Shown here piece by piece: positions 12,370-25,670 of a stretch of 64,000 bases of DNA. The first letter of the stretch is position 1. Each line of letters opens with the position of its first letter. The DNA comes from Botryllus schlosseri. Lineage: Eukaryota. Under the pieces are notes generated by a model that worked only from the letters and a program-made list of their open reading frames with translations, did no database searches and was not told the origin of the DNA. The position numbers and the translations under genes are program-made. The stretch covers positions 20,958,001 to 21,022,000 of the forward strand of contig CM119372.1 of the NCBI GenBank assembly GCA_051294905.1, in the 5' to 3' direction.

Positions 12370-13843
12370 TGTTGTTGTTGTTGTATAAGTTTAATATTGG
12401 TGCTCGACTTCTAATGGTCTTTTGACCAGATCTATGATGAGAGTATCAGGTATCCTTTTATATCTTTATAACTCTCGACCGGTTAGTAGGGCATATTCTA
12501 TCAGAGTGCCCATGGTAAGAGGATTAACCAGTAATGTTTCCAAGCGGAAAGGAACGGTGTCTTCAATTTGGTCCCGCAGACACTGTCGAGGGCCTTCATA
12601 CTTGGTACAGTGAATGACGTAATGCTCAACGGTTTCCGGTACGCCGCAGCTTTCGCACTGTCCAGTATCGTGAATCCCTAATCTATGCAGATGAGAGTTC
12701 AGTGTGCAATGACCGGTTTGCAGACGGATAAGTATAGCGTAGGCTCTTCTTGGCAATGATAGCACCGGGGCATGGAAACTCGTGGTTTGGAACAAATTTG
12801 GGTAAAAGGAGCTTTCCGCATTGCTAAAAAACTCTGATTTCCATTTGGACTAGCAATGCTCTTGAATGAGGGACTTGCATTCCCTCGCTGTAATCTCAAT
12901 GGTGCTGCTGTGAGTATGCTCGGATGCCGCTTGCTTTGCCAGCTTGTCAACAGTCTCGTTACCGCTGATCCCCTTGTGACTTGGGACCCAAATTAGGGTG
13001 ACTGAGATGTCATTGGAAGATAATACACCACATCTTTCGGCAATTTCCCGAATTATATCGTTTTCTATGTGACTATTTTCGATGGCCACCAATGCACTAA
13101 GACTGTCCGAGAGAATAAGCAGATCATCCGATTGTGGGCACTGCTCGACTGCCCAGACACTGCTTCTCGAATTGCAATCAACTCCGCAGAAAAAAATTGA
13201 CAGTCTTCTGTCTAACGTGGTCTTACCAACTTCCCCTAAGTCCTGGACATAATATGCTGCGCCACACGTTTCCTCTGATTTCGACCCATCTGTAAATATC
13301 TTCGTATGATTTTGAAAACGATGACTGATATATTCCTTGCATTCGATCTGAATTTGGAGAGGATTCTCCATTTGCTGTGTGAGTAAACACAGATGAGTAT
13401 CTACCAGCCACAGCTTACAACCGACCAGGGAGCTATTGTCCACGTTCTTCGAATGGTGATTTCCTCGAACAATGGCAGTCGTGACATCATGTTGAAAGTA
13501 CAGAAGAGCAAAGAATCCGGGAAGATCTCAGGCCAAGAGTATTCAATAATGTGGGAGCAAATGTGTTTCATTGTTGGCGGCAATTTTACATCTAGCTACT
13601 GCGCATGCATTCAAGTGACGTATGTGTACCGGTAATTCCCTGCACGAGTGCAAAAGTGCGTGGATGGGAGTGCTTCCCATTGCCCCACTGCATATTCTCA
13701 ATGCCTTGTTTTGAATTTTTTGAATTGCTTTCAGTACATATTTTGGAGATAACAGATATGCTTCGCAGCCATATTCGACGACGGAGCGGATAAGTGATCT
13801 ATACAATGAGAGAAGACTTAATTTTGAGGCACCCCATTGTGCA
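12370..13843 (-). mobile_element. Degenerate RNase-H-containing LINE (I/Nimb-like), 3' part
   Basis: RT tail LYRSLIRSVVEYGC, RNase H KIFTDGSK...WVPSHKGISGNE, and zinc finger CESCGVPETVEHYVIHC, in broken frames. ATTAAA followed by a (CAA)n tail. Confidence 0.9.
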
Positions 13844-14400
13844 CAGGGTTGTAACCAAGTCACAAGGGTCCGAGTCACAAGTCATTCTCACTTTAATAGT
13901 TTTGACTCGAGTCAAGTCGATTCATATCAATTCACCACCGAGTCAAGTCCGAGTCCAAATCAGCGAGCAGAGTGCCGAGTCCGAGTCATGGAATTATGAT
14001 TCGAGTCCGAGTCCAAGTAATTGTGTTGACTGCTCAGTTTCCAGTTGAAGTCTTGGTAAACCCACTTTTTATAACTCTGTTTGGTTATATCGAATGGTTA
14101 ACATTTATAATATACCGATTTTCCTAACTTTTAGCAGTTTATGGTCGCATGTTCAAGTACCAGTGCCAACAGACGAAATCCCAATAGTGTGTTGGCTTCG
14201 GATTTACAATGAAATGTCGGTCTTGGCCGTCTGAGTCTCGAGTCAATGACTTGGTTCGATTCATGCGCAATGACTCGAGTCTAAGCCGAGTCAATACACA
14301 GATTGACTCGAGTCGAGTCGAGTCATTTCCGTATTTTGAATAAATGACTCGAATCAAGTCGAGTCATCAGAAAATCGTGACTCGAGTCATTACAACCCTG
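13844..14400. mobile_element. Family B MITE
   Basis: TIR CAGGGTTGTAA...TTACAACCCTG and GAGTC repeats. No TSD seen. Confidence 0.8.
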
Positions 14401-14786
14401 GTTGGTTGGTTTGTGGTATTCATGGTGTTTGTCGACTACTATGGTCATTTACACCAGGCCGATATTCTTTTTATTTTCCGTAACTGCCGACTTATAGCAC
14501 GAGTCGAGTCGAGTCATTTCCGTATTTTGAATAAATGACTCGAATCAAGTCGAGTCATCAGAAAATCGTGACTCGAGTCATTACAACCCTGGTTGGTTGG
14601 TTTGTGGTATTCATGGTGTTTGTCGACTACTATGGTCATTTACACCAGGCCGATATTCTTTTTATTTTCCGTAACTGCCGACTTATAGCACGAGTCGAGT
14701 CGAGTCATTTCCGTATTTTGAATAAATGACTCGAATCAAGTCGAGTCATCAGAAAATCGTGACTCGAGTCATTACAACCCTGGTTG
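14309..14786. repeat. 191-bp tandem repeat (about 2.5 units) made of a MITE end plus a SINE 3' end
   Basis: Units start at 14309, 14500 and 14691 and read as identical. The ORF track shows two identical ORFs 191 bp apart. Confidence 0.92.
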
Positions 14787-15356
14787 CTCGTGTTAATGTT
14801 GAGATCCAGTAATCTTAGGTAAACAACAAAAGTTGAACAATAGTCACGTTGGACCGAAACAGGACTTTGTCAGCCTCATCAAATCGCCGGCCTCGGGCCC
14901 TTAGGTTGTTCAACCAATCTTCTGCGGGCCTTTACCAACTAGCCCCCTCCCTTCCGCATGCAAGTAATTGTATCACTGCTCTTGTCAGAAATAGGGTTGC
15001 ATTTGAAACAAAAATCGTTCGAAAACAAACATGTTTAAAACAAATCCCTTGTTTACAAAATGTACTTTTTATTGTTTCTTGACCTCGCGCAATTTCAATT
15101 GTTACGCCACAGTGGAGTTGAATTGTTATATGGTTCTTTAGGAATAAAAATAAAAATATAGGGTCAATATGGCTTCTTAGACGAAAAAAGGTTTCCAACC
15201 CCAGTCTTAAAAGGCGCAAAAATATCTTTTATCAGGACTACATCGTCATTCAGCAATTTTACGGTTAGGCGGTCATTGTCACCCAAGAACATCCATTCGG
15301 TTGTTTGGATGTTCACGACACACAGAGAAGAGTACTCATTAGTTTATCGCTGACTA

Positions 15357-17154
15357 CACTGGGCAACAATTTCGAACGAAGAATTTGTTGACTTTGATTT
15401 GGCACTTGATTTAGGCTAATTTGGGGGTGCTGATTCCAAAAATGCCACTATAGTTTTCTTCTATCACGTCCACCTTTTGCTCTACGACTTATGCCCAAAA
15501 TATGCAAATTTCCACGAATTTTGCCATATTACTTTTCTATATCCTCTAAAAATCCACGATTTACCATATAATAAGTGATATAGTCAAGGGCCCGATTAAA
15601 TTATGTAGGGAAAAGGTACTGATATCGATCTAGGGCGCTGTTTTCACCCATTTTTGGTAAGAGGATGCAATTATCCGAGGATATTTCACACACATAATTA
15701 TTTGATTCAAACTGCAGGATATGGCAAGAATATTAAACATGACATTTACTATCAGCTCTAGGCAATGTTCCCTCTAATTTTTGACGAGTCTGCGCACACT
15801 CACCAACTCACTGCGCAAACCCTTGGACAAGAGTGCGTAACGACTAAAAAAAAGGTCATCACTTCGGATTTTTTGTGCGCAACTTAGATTTTCTGTGCGC
15901 AGAGACCGTGTCAGCACTGCGCATTTGCGCACGTGCGTAGCTTAGAGGGAACATTGGCTATAGGTCCAATGCCCCTTTCAGCTTATCCAGTGTAACCCGA
16001 AAATCCTATACGCTCGATAATTTTGATCAAGATGAAGATCTTAGGGATAGCAGGCCAAATGATGAAAATTTTGGAATCGAAATTGATTCAGAAAGTAGAG
16101 TAGTCCATTGACACGAGGTATTGATCTGACATAAGCTCTGGGACTTGGAATAGACATCTTAGGAGCCTTTAACATCCGTATGAAGTGAGAAAAGATTACT
16201 TGGCAAGGTAGAGAAGGTATCTCACTTTCGATCAGGAGAAACAGCCTTTTCTTCGTAGGCCTACTTTTGGTACATTTGTGCCGTGACACTGGTATTGGGA
16301 TGATACCGTTACCATGGATTACCGGAGGAGTTGGGAATCCCGATTTCCAAGTCAGGTAAATGGCAAATGCCTATAGGTAGCTCATGAAGGATCCTAAAGT
16401 GTGACACTCTCCAAAATGGCAAAGTCTTAGGTGCAGTAACATTTTTACACTCAGTTAGTCTTCGTGAATAATACGGAAACATTGAGAGTAATACAGGAAC
16501 ATTGAATTGTTGCAATGTCACGAACACGATTGAATCATATGTGTTTAGCTTTGAAATATTGTGTTTTTAGTGGTTAGACAATAAGGATGCACGTAACCCT
16601 GATACACAGGTGTAACTGCCATATCTTTATGTCGGACAGCAGATATTCAAAAAAGCTAAAATATCTAAATAATTTCCCTAAAAACCTTGACATAGTCAGC
16701 GATGGACAAGGAGGAAATGCCCCCCAACATCTGAAGATGATGGGGTGTGTTACCAGATTAGATTGGAGCTTACATATGTTAGCTGACTGTTGCTCGAGAA
16801 GAATAGGAAGAATAGAAGAATAGGTTATTAGCGTAAATTTGGACCCTGAAACTCGCACTTTAATTGTCCTGTACAATCAATATCAGTTTAAATCAACCAA
16901 ATAAAGCAGTGCAAATGTTTATTTGAAGTCTATTGGTTTACTTTCGACTACTTCTAGTTATTGAAACTTTTATACAATAAACAAAAAATATTAAAAATAG
17001 TGCTATTATGTGGGTTATGAGACAATGTGGTGGGTGCCAAACCCAAAAAATTGACGTGATAGAGAAAAACGGAAGTCATTTTTTAATTCAGCGCCCAAAA
17101 GTTAGTCAAAAACAATTGTCTGAACAAAGTCAACAAAATTAGTGTTGACCAGTG
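15357..17154 (+). mobile_element. Degenerate Chapaev3-type (CMC) DNA transposon
   Basis: Long imperfect TIRs starting CACTGG(G/T)CAACA, flanked by CTA and TTA. Remnant NFPKNLDIVSDGQGG...MM...WSLHMLADCC resembles the Chapaev3 C-terminal FPENLGAVSDEQGERFHQ...MMADYCW motif. Confidence 0.75.
15763..15956. mobile_element. Small hAT-type MITE nested in the Chapaev3 element
   Basis: TIR CAATGTTCCCTCTAA. TSD GCTCTAGG/GCTATAGG (7/8). Confidence 0.85.
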
Positions 17155-18196
17155 TTATCTTTGTGCTGGCCCATTGTTAAAAATAACTTTGTTGAAGCAT
17201 ATATTTGTATTTCGCGACGTCTGGGAAAGGATTTCGCCACTCAAACGATATCACGATAGTTTACGCGTACCAGACCAAACTAAAATACAAAAACTGTCAT
17301 CGTAAGATGTATGCGCGCTTCCAAATGACCATTTCTTTATGGGGCGCATTATTTCCCTCTGCGAGTCACATTGGTACCGTGGTTTTCAGACTACAGCGAT
17401 GGGACTATTCGACGCCAGCCATTTCGGCGCATGGACATACCAATAGCGTCTATATCAGCCAATGTGCGGAGGTTTTTTCGGTCAATTTATAATCGCCAGC
17501 GATGCTTTTGGCTTTGCAGAGTCGCATTTTGACCGAAACTTTGTATGTGTTGACGTGTCCTTGAGCGAAAATGGCTGGCGCCGAAATTTCGGGGCCAGGT
17601 TGCACACCTCTAGACTAAAGCAGTACTCTTCAACCTTTTTAGTTATGGTAAACTCATTTAAAGTTTACTCAAAACTCGTACACCCTTGACCACATGCGAC
17701 ACTGATTCCGTTCAGTAAGCCTAATCCAGGGGTATTAAACCTTTTTTGCTGTTCACGACCATAATTCCATTAAATACGGCATTATCATACGGTCGCATTC
17801 CGGCGGAGAGTTGTCATGACCCATCTGGACGACAAATACTAATGTCAAATTAGCTACTGTGAACTTTGCACCACGGCGAGTCCTTGTGGTGTTCTGTGCC
17901 ATCACTGATTATTGAGATATGCGTAAAATTGTTCTAATTGTAGAAGTAGAACACCCCCGCAGGCTTACACTATATGTACCAAAATCGACAATACAAAAGT
18001 TAGGGAAAGTTATTGGGATTTTTATGAACCTCTTGAATGAATTTGTCGATAATATTGGTAGTTTCACATGTTACTGTCAGATATCTATCCATTCTCAGTC
18101 CACGGGATCAGATTTACCGGTAGAGCTGTTGGAAGGGGTGTCTTCGAAACTTTTGGGCACAAAATTAGTAAAAATGCGTCTTCCGGGTTTATTAAT

Positions 18197-19018
18197 TAGG
18201 GATGGTGTGAACCTCTGAAAGGTTCAGGTTCGTGTGAACGCGAACCTTTTTGAAAGGTTCTGTGTGGACGCAAACGTGAACCTCACGACGTCACGTGACG
18301 GCAAATTGTTAATTCCAACCCTTACATTTCAGTGAAGTGATAGCCTATATTAATGTGCACTTATACACGATACCTAGCGACGGCTCGGGCCACATAATGC
18401 CACAATGCTGAAGTACATATTAACGTATTAAACGTCACCAAATATATTGACTGGGGCAATCAAATGATATGAAAATCCCATAAAATCAATATCTGCCGCC
18501 GCTTTGCCAACAATTTCTACGAGGACTTGCAAGGGAATATAAGCTTACGCCACTCGGACGCCGAATACATTGTCCGGTCTGGCCTAGACCGGTAAGGCAT
18601 AAGCTTATATTCCCTGGCAAGTCCTTGTCGTGATTGTTGGCAAAGCGACGGAAGATCTTGATTTTATGGGATTGTTTTATCATTTGGTTGCCCAGTTGAT
18701 ACATTTTGCGGCGTTTAAAAAGTCAGCATCTACTTCAGCATCGTGGCAATATGTGGCCCGAGTCGTCACTGTATCATGTACAGTATATTGATATATCACT
18801 TCACTGATATGTAGGGTTGGAATTATATATATGTCCTCACGTGACGTCATGAGGTTCACGTTCGCGTTCACGCAGAACCTCTCGAAAAGGTTCGCGTTCA
18901 CACGAACCTGAACTTTTCAGAGGCTCACACCATCCCTGCTACCAAGGTTCGTTAATGAAGGTGAACCTCTAAATTTCTGAGGTTCAGACACAGAACGCGA
19001 ACGTTCACATCATCCCTA
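18197..19018. mobile_element. Rearranged MITE (TAGGGATGGTGTGAAC family) forming a foldback of about 740 bp
   Basis: 18197-18550 is the inverted counterpart of about 18595-18938. 18939-19018 matches the other end of the copy at 48709-49707. Confidence 0.85.
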
Positions 19019-19102
19019 TTAATTACGTTGTTGCATGTTTTTGTTTCTTGACCTCGCATCAGGATCGTCGGTATATTCGAAATTTATTGGAATCACCTAA
19101 AT

Positions 19103-21079
19103 CAGTGGTTCTTAACCTTTTCCTCCAGCACCCCCTTTCAAAAATTATCGTGCTCACTTTAATAAAAACAATGGGTAAGAGAGAGGGCAGTAACAGCACT
19201 TCATCAGCCCCTTAAAGAAACGATTGTCTTGTGCACCCATAGCGTGGTAAACAAAACTTCTGATGGCTTCGCCCCCAAAAACCCCGTCGCGCGATTTCGA
19301 TGGTCAGCAAAGTTTGTGTGGCCTGGTCGCCCTAGGCGCCAAAATTATCTATTATGCATGAAAGATGAGTGCTAATTGCATAATGTTGTCGCTTTAAACT
19401 TTTTATCCTCTCAGTCCCCGTAATCAGATTTACCAGTAGCGCTGAGTGTGCTGTTGTATTGGAAAATGAAGGCCACGTAAGGAATAGTTGAACATATTCG
19501 GGCATGCCCGTTGGTACAATTAGCTCGTTACATGTTGTTATTTTGTTACCTCTTTTCTGCTATAGTGAAAAGATATTGAAACGCATAAACGCATTAAACT
19601 GAAATATGCACACGATTCAAAATTGGTATTTCTTCACTGGCAAATAATTTTCTCTGTTGAATGTTATTTGTCCTATGGGGTGCAAATTGCGGCGACATGA
19701 AAATTCGGCACAATCGATTTAAGCATCTATGGACAATTAGACTTTTATACATGGAAGTTTAGGTCAATATTAAGGGCAATCCTCTTCGGCTATGGTTTTC
19801 TCGCTGACGATCTTTTCAACACACTTCTCGGAGTCCCATATTGGCAGGAACTTTTTATGTCTTCGTGCATACTGGCGAGGTAATAGCCGACGCCGAAATG
19901 TCTATTTCTATTTTCTATAATTATGTGTAATCTTCCGTGGGGGATTAGTCAAAATACGATGTGTAATTTATGTTCATTCACCGAAATAATTTAGGGCACG
20001 CTTCGAGCTCACCGATTGGGGGTTTGGGTTGCAGCAGTTTCGGTCCTGGTAAGACGTCAAAGTCCAGTCGGTCTTTTCGCGACTTTGGTATTGGAAATAT
20101 TTCGCGCTTTAGTCGCGCGCGAGTACCATTTGACTATAATAAACCATAGCCTATAATAATTCAATGTGATATATCCAGGGTCAAATCAAGGTTGTTATAC
20201 CAACAATCGGGTCCAGTCTCATACCCTGTGGCTCGAACCATCTCGAATTCACTTCTGCAATTGGCAATACGGGGAAATCAATGCTATTTGATTTTGTCTT
20301 AGTGCTTTGTTTAACTATAAGTAAGTCAGCTGAGCTGAGAATGGGATGCATATAAATCTGCTCACATTGAATTTATTACCGTACCCAGTGAAAATGTTAG
20401 CATGGATGTATCCCAAACCAAGCAACTCATATTATATAACATTCATAAGAGGCTGTGAACCACAACAATATATAGTAGGCTATCATCCATAATGAGAACG
20501 ATGATGAAATATTCTGACGATTTAATTTTGTAGCTCTCAAATACAAGTATATTTAGTTATTCATTTCGTGCAAAAAGCTTCAAAACTAATTTTATGTACA
20601 AGGGGCTCTCACTATCAAAAATAAATATATAGTGCCTCCTTCTTCGATTTTCACAGGCTGTGCGCTGCGTGATATAATACCTAATTCGAAACATTTTGTT
20701 TAAAATAACCCTATCAAGCGTGACGGCAGTGTTTTAATGGGAAATTGACGATCTAAAAGTACGCGCGGTTCATTTTACATGACTTATAAATGTTATAATA
20801 ACCCACTACATTTATGAAAACAAATGTAGCAAACATCGTCGCGTAGCGCGACCAAACAATTTGAGATTTGACATGTTTTGTGTAATGTTAATTTACTCTG
20901 AATACTCATTAAGGATATGTCCTACTACCACATGATCTGCTGCGAAGCCATTTTTCTTCAGCGCCCCCATATCGCCCCCCTGAGCCCAGCGCCCCCCATA
21001 TCGCCCCCTGAGCGTTTCCACCCCCTTCAAAGTCGCCAGCGCCCCTTGGGGGCGCTGGAGGCAAGGTTAAGAACCACCG
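19103..21079. mobile_element. Non-autonomous hAT element, family C, with both ends
   Basis: TIR CAGTGGTTCTTAACC and GGTTAAGAACCACCG. Exact TSD ACCTAAAT. Confidence 0.9.
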
Positions 21080-21748
21080 ACCTAAATGTACCAGACAGAC
21101 CATCATTCGTGAGACGCACACGACTACAACCAAATATTTATTTGTGGGTGCATCATTTTCCTCCGCGGTTCGCATTTGTACGGTGGGGCTCAGGATGCAA
21201 GGAAACAATTATATTAAAAACCAAAAATCCCATCCTGAATCACGCTAAGCGATTGAAATATAATCTCCCTGTTGTGAGCACGAAACAATATTCGTAAGCA
21301 GTTTATTACTTCGGCTTAAATGAACTAATACCTTGACTACGATACTCGCAATACCAACAGTTAAGACAACAGCAACATAAATGAAGAACGGTTCTCAGTA
21401 CGCGAAACAGGTAGACAGTCTGTAATCATTACAGTCCACGCCAGTACATTACGACGAATGATCTTTAACACAGAAGGTAATCACAACAAAACTGAAGTCG
21501 GTACCAACTTGACATCAAACATACAACACTCCCAAAGATGAATGAATTTGTTCATGAACCAGTTTGTTAGAATTAGACTCATTTCTATACCCTATAGGCC
21601 AGGGGTGGGTGCTGGGCCATATTTTTCCGGGCGGGCCAAATGGTTAAGCAGAAAATACATTCGCGGGGTGAGACAAAAAGTTGAGACTATGTTCTGCGGC
21701 GTGCAGTTTTATCTTTAATTCGAAAGCACTGAATTTTATTGTTTAACA

Positions 21749-22723
21749 CACTGTTTCTTAACCTTGTTTACAGCCCCTCCCGCCCCAGGGGCGCTTTGAA
21801 TTTTGAAGGAGATGGAAACGCTCAGGGGTCGATATGCAGGCGCTGAGCTCAGGGGGGGCGGTATGGGGGGCGCTGAAGAAATATGGCGTCGCAGTATGCT
21901 AGAGGGTGCAGTATGGACATAGATAGTAGAACAACAGTTCATATACCATTCGACAAAATTTGTCGAATCTCGAACTTTTTCTTCGCGCTACGCGCTAAAT
22001 ATATGCTGCGGTCATGTTTGCAACATGTTTCCATGTATACAGTTATTTATGATAATTATTGTAAAATTAATTGCGCGTACTTTTAGAGCGCCAATTCCCG
22101 TTAAAATACTACCATCGCATTACCTCGGGTTATTTTCCACAAAATCTTTCGATCTAGGTATTTTATACCGCAGCGAACAGCATGTCGAAATCGAAGAAAG
22201 AGGCACTGTACCACTTTTAACAGTGAGATTGAGAGCCCTCTGTACAATAAAAATGCTTTAAAGCTTTTTGGTCAAATGATTAACTAAATATATTTGAATA
22301 TTTGAAAGCTACAAAATTAAATCCTCGGAATATTCTTTCATCGTATCATTAAGGATGATACTGTTTATAATGTTGCGACCCGCAACCTTACATGAACGAT
22401 ATATAATATGGGTTGCTTTGTTTAGAATACATTAATGTTAAAGTTTATCGACCAGATGGTATGAGCGCGTACCCGATGGTTGTTATGACAACCTTGAGTT
22501 GATCCCGAATATAGCACATACAAATATCACAGTGTTAATTAGTCGAGTTGTCCTCGCGTGCTGTTCAAGCTATTTCCAATAGTGAAGTCCCAACCCGACA
22601 AGACCGATCGGACTTCAAACTCGTACCCCTCGTTTTACTACCGCCCTTAAAATAGGGGGGCACCCCCAGACTCAGGCAATTTTCGAAAGGGGGCGCTGCA
22701 GGAAAAAAGGTTAAGAACCACTG
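21749..22723. mobile_element. Shorter family C hAT element, inverted relative to 19103-21079
   Basis: TIRs CACTGTTTCTTAACC and GGTTAAGAACCACTG. Interior similar to the reverse complement of the other two copies. Flanks GTTTAACA and GTTAACAC. Confidence 0.82.
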
Positions 22724-23950
22724 GTTAACACATATTGCTAAGTGAATGCGTAAATATTCGGCTGCGTACCCAGCTCTGTGTGGCTTGGTAATATACAGCC
22801 TTGCTGTTTTGCTATAACTTAGATAGCTGGTCCGCATCAGCCGAGTGTATGTATTCAATGCCCGATTTTCTCATAATGAAGACTCAAATTATATTCCTTG
22901 AACTCGGAGACCTGTTCAGTGCTCACCATAAACTAAAATGAGCGGTTCACGGCCTGACTTCAGCAAACCAATATTCAGTGCTCCAAATATTGCTGACATG
23001 TCAGCCTTCAGTCGCATCTTTCGTTATTTGATATGATCGTTTGTGAGTGATGATGACCGCCAATCACGTGCACTGATTGCAATATTTTAATAATTCTGAT
23101 TTGGAAACGTAACAGTTTAAAGCACAGACCTGGCAACAAATAAGATTGGAACTTGAACATGGAAACAGTGACTTGGAACTTTAGTTGCTATGTTGGCTTT
23201 ATTTCGAACCTGTATTACTCACACGACGTACGCAGGTTGCGTAATCACGGAACCCAAATATGCTAGACCTCAAAGTAAACTCATTTCCGGATCAGTTTAT
23301 GCAGTAATTTCTGTTCACACATTAACATTAATAAATAGATTTCATAGTATCTATATTCCAAGGAACTTTACGCGGGCCGCTCAGAATCTCATCGCGGGCC
23401 GCACTATGCCCAGGTCTGCCCTAGGATGTACGATACACCAGGTAGATGAGTAGGCTACTTGACTAAAGCACCGTTCACCGTACACCGTTCCCTCATAATT
23501 CCGAATAGAATTAGACTCATTTCTGTGCATTATGCGTGTTTGTAATTATTTTTATATTCTTCCTGCTAATTTTGTAGGAAGGGGGTTACCAAAACTACTA
23601 AAAGTTAATCGCGCGGAGCCCGAAGAAAAGTTGAAGATGAATAAATATGCCCAAACTAAATTAAATTTTGTTGATTTACGAAATCATTTGGGGCCCCTTT
23701 CTAGATTCCCACCCATTTCGAATTCTTGGATGTTTAGCAGGGCTCTTCCTCCCCTTCGTCCCTGTTTTTACTGTGTCTTCACAAGATTCCGGTATGAGCG
23801 TATTAAAGGATGACAGTCGATAAATCAAGATTGAATGACGTTACAGCAGCGTCCTTCCACCTGTTCATTACATCTTACTGTGTCTTGCGAATCGCAATGT
23901 ACATTGCGCGTCTTTAGCGAATGAAAATAAGCTTATTTACTGCCGTGATT

Positions 23951-23985
23951 TCAATAGCTCTTAGCCCTATAGCGTAATTCTACCG
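23951..23985 (-). CDS. Candidate terminal exon A (AVELRYRAKSY-stop)
   Basis: Acceptor ATTTTACAG 70 bp after the EGF5 donor, in frame to TGA. No canonical AATAAA seen nearby. Confidence 0.35.
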
Positions 23986-24055
23986 CTGTAAAATATTCTA
24001 TGGAAAACGGAAGCTATAGCCTATATACCTATATAGGCTACCTATAGGTACCGAC

Positions 24056-24178
24056 CTTTGCATGGCTCACCCACAGCAAGACGGCCATCGAGAGCGCAGA
24101 AGCAATCGGCGGTCCCAGAACCCTCGTTGCGATGACAGTAGGAATGAATTGGGCAATTCTTCTTGTAGCAAGGGTCCG
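24056..24178 (-). CDS. Exon: EGF-like domain 5 (DPCYKKNCPIHSYCHRNEGSGTADCFCALDGRLAVGEPCK); not in the ORF track
   Basis: Six Cys in EGF spacing. Acceptor TTTTACCACTATAG, donor AAG|GTCGGT. 123 bp, phase 1-1. Confidence 0.85.
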
Positions 24179-24800
24179 CTATAGTGGTAAAATATATAGG
24201 TTAGTATTAGACTACGGAAATCGTATACGTTATACGGCAGTTTTGACTATATACTAACACCAATAGTCACACTGAAGGGGCCAGTACAATGTGTATGCCA
24301 ACATACAGACGAAACCCACACAGAATATCACTCCTGATGAGGGCTAGGCATGATGGCCATTCTTGTGCTCGAATTCGCATTGAGTATAAATATCCATGAT
24401 TTGAGTTGAGTAGAGGGAGCCGATGTTTTTGAGTTCCGAAATTACACAATCCTTATTATTTTATGGAGGATGATTGTTGTTGCGATGCTCTTTCCCCACT
24501 GCGGGAACATTGAAACGTCGATAAGCGGTAACATATCATTCAATGTATACAACATAAGGCTACACATGTTTCTGACAACAATCTTTCAATGTGGCACTAA
24601 TCGAACCGCAGTAATTTCTACAATAGCAATGGCATATTGGTGTCAGCAAATTTGAAATATCTTATAACTAAATGTGGCTGGAAGGAAGCGACTGTCACCT
24701 CCCCAAAGGCATTGGCTTCAAATCCTGGTGCTGTCTGTATGCTGTAACTTTCTCGAAGAATTATACAACTGCGCTGAGCTGAGAAGGCCTATACCAAGAG

Positions 24801-25670
24801 CAGAGGTCTCAAACACGCGGCCCGCGGCGGCATTTTGGAATTTCAAGTATTCAACAATATATGCGACTGCCACATATCTTTTTTAGATATAAGAACTAGA
24901 AGTTGACGCTAAAACTACTGAAAAAATCAATGCAATCTCAACAAACTTCACCATCACATCACTTTTAAAAGCTACCATGCGGAAGAAGATCACATTTCTA
25001 GTTGATGATAATAAAACATGACCCGTTGATGATTCATGACTGAAAATTGTGATTTGTTTTGGTGCGACCTTCTCGTAAAATAACTCGATTTTAGATTGAC
25101 TGGGCGATTAAATAAAAATGACTCGAGTAGAGTCGGGTCAAACGTTAAAATCGGAGGAAGACTTGCGACTCGGAACGGTCACTTGGTGATCCTACGGTCC
25201 CAACAATCTATGAAACTGTCATGGGGAATATTAATATATCAAAAGGCCGTGGCTTGCGTTGCGTAGGGTGTATAACTATCTAATCAAGTCAGTTTGGCAA
25301 CCAGGGATATCTAAAACTAGTTTCTAATATTCTACATAAAATTGTGGCACGTCAAAGGTCCACTAGCTGAAATATTATAACCCGACAGTTTTACGGTGCC
25401 ATGATGCATCGTCTCGCACGATGTCTATAACTTGTGCCCAGCACAAAAACAATTTTATTCGAATATTTGAAAATGTGATTTTTTTCCTTGTCAAGCGTGA
25501 ATAGTAACATTTCCACGATGTTTGCGGAATGCCTGTCTGCAAGGTCCCGTCAAATAAGGCCTACTTGGACATTATACATAGAATATCCCTATTATTGATG
25601 CTGTGCGGCTCGCGGCGTCATCATAAACTAGGAAATTGGCCCGCGAGCACATTTGAGTTTGAGACCTCGG
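24801..25670. mobile_element. hAT (Charlie-like) MITE
   Basis: TIR CAGAGGTCTCAAAC...GTTTGAGACCTCGG, GGCCCGC subterminal motifs, and flanks ACCAAGAG/ACCGAGAC. Confidence 0.7.

Noticed and set aside
21332..21393. Hydrophobic frame EPFFIYVAVVLTVGIASIVVK as a transmembrane exon after EGF5
   Set aside because: Needs a rare GAG acceptor, ends in phase 0 with no matching next exon found, and would place EGF6 intracellularly. Not supportable without transcripts, although not excluded.
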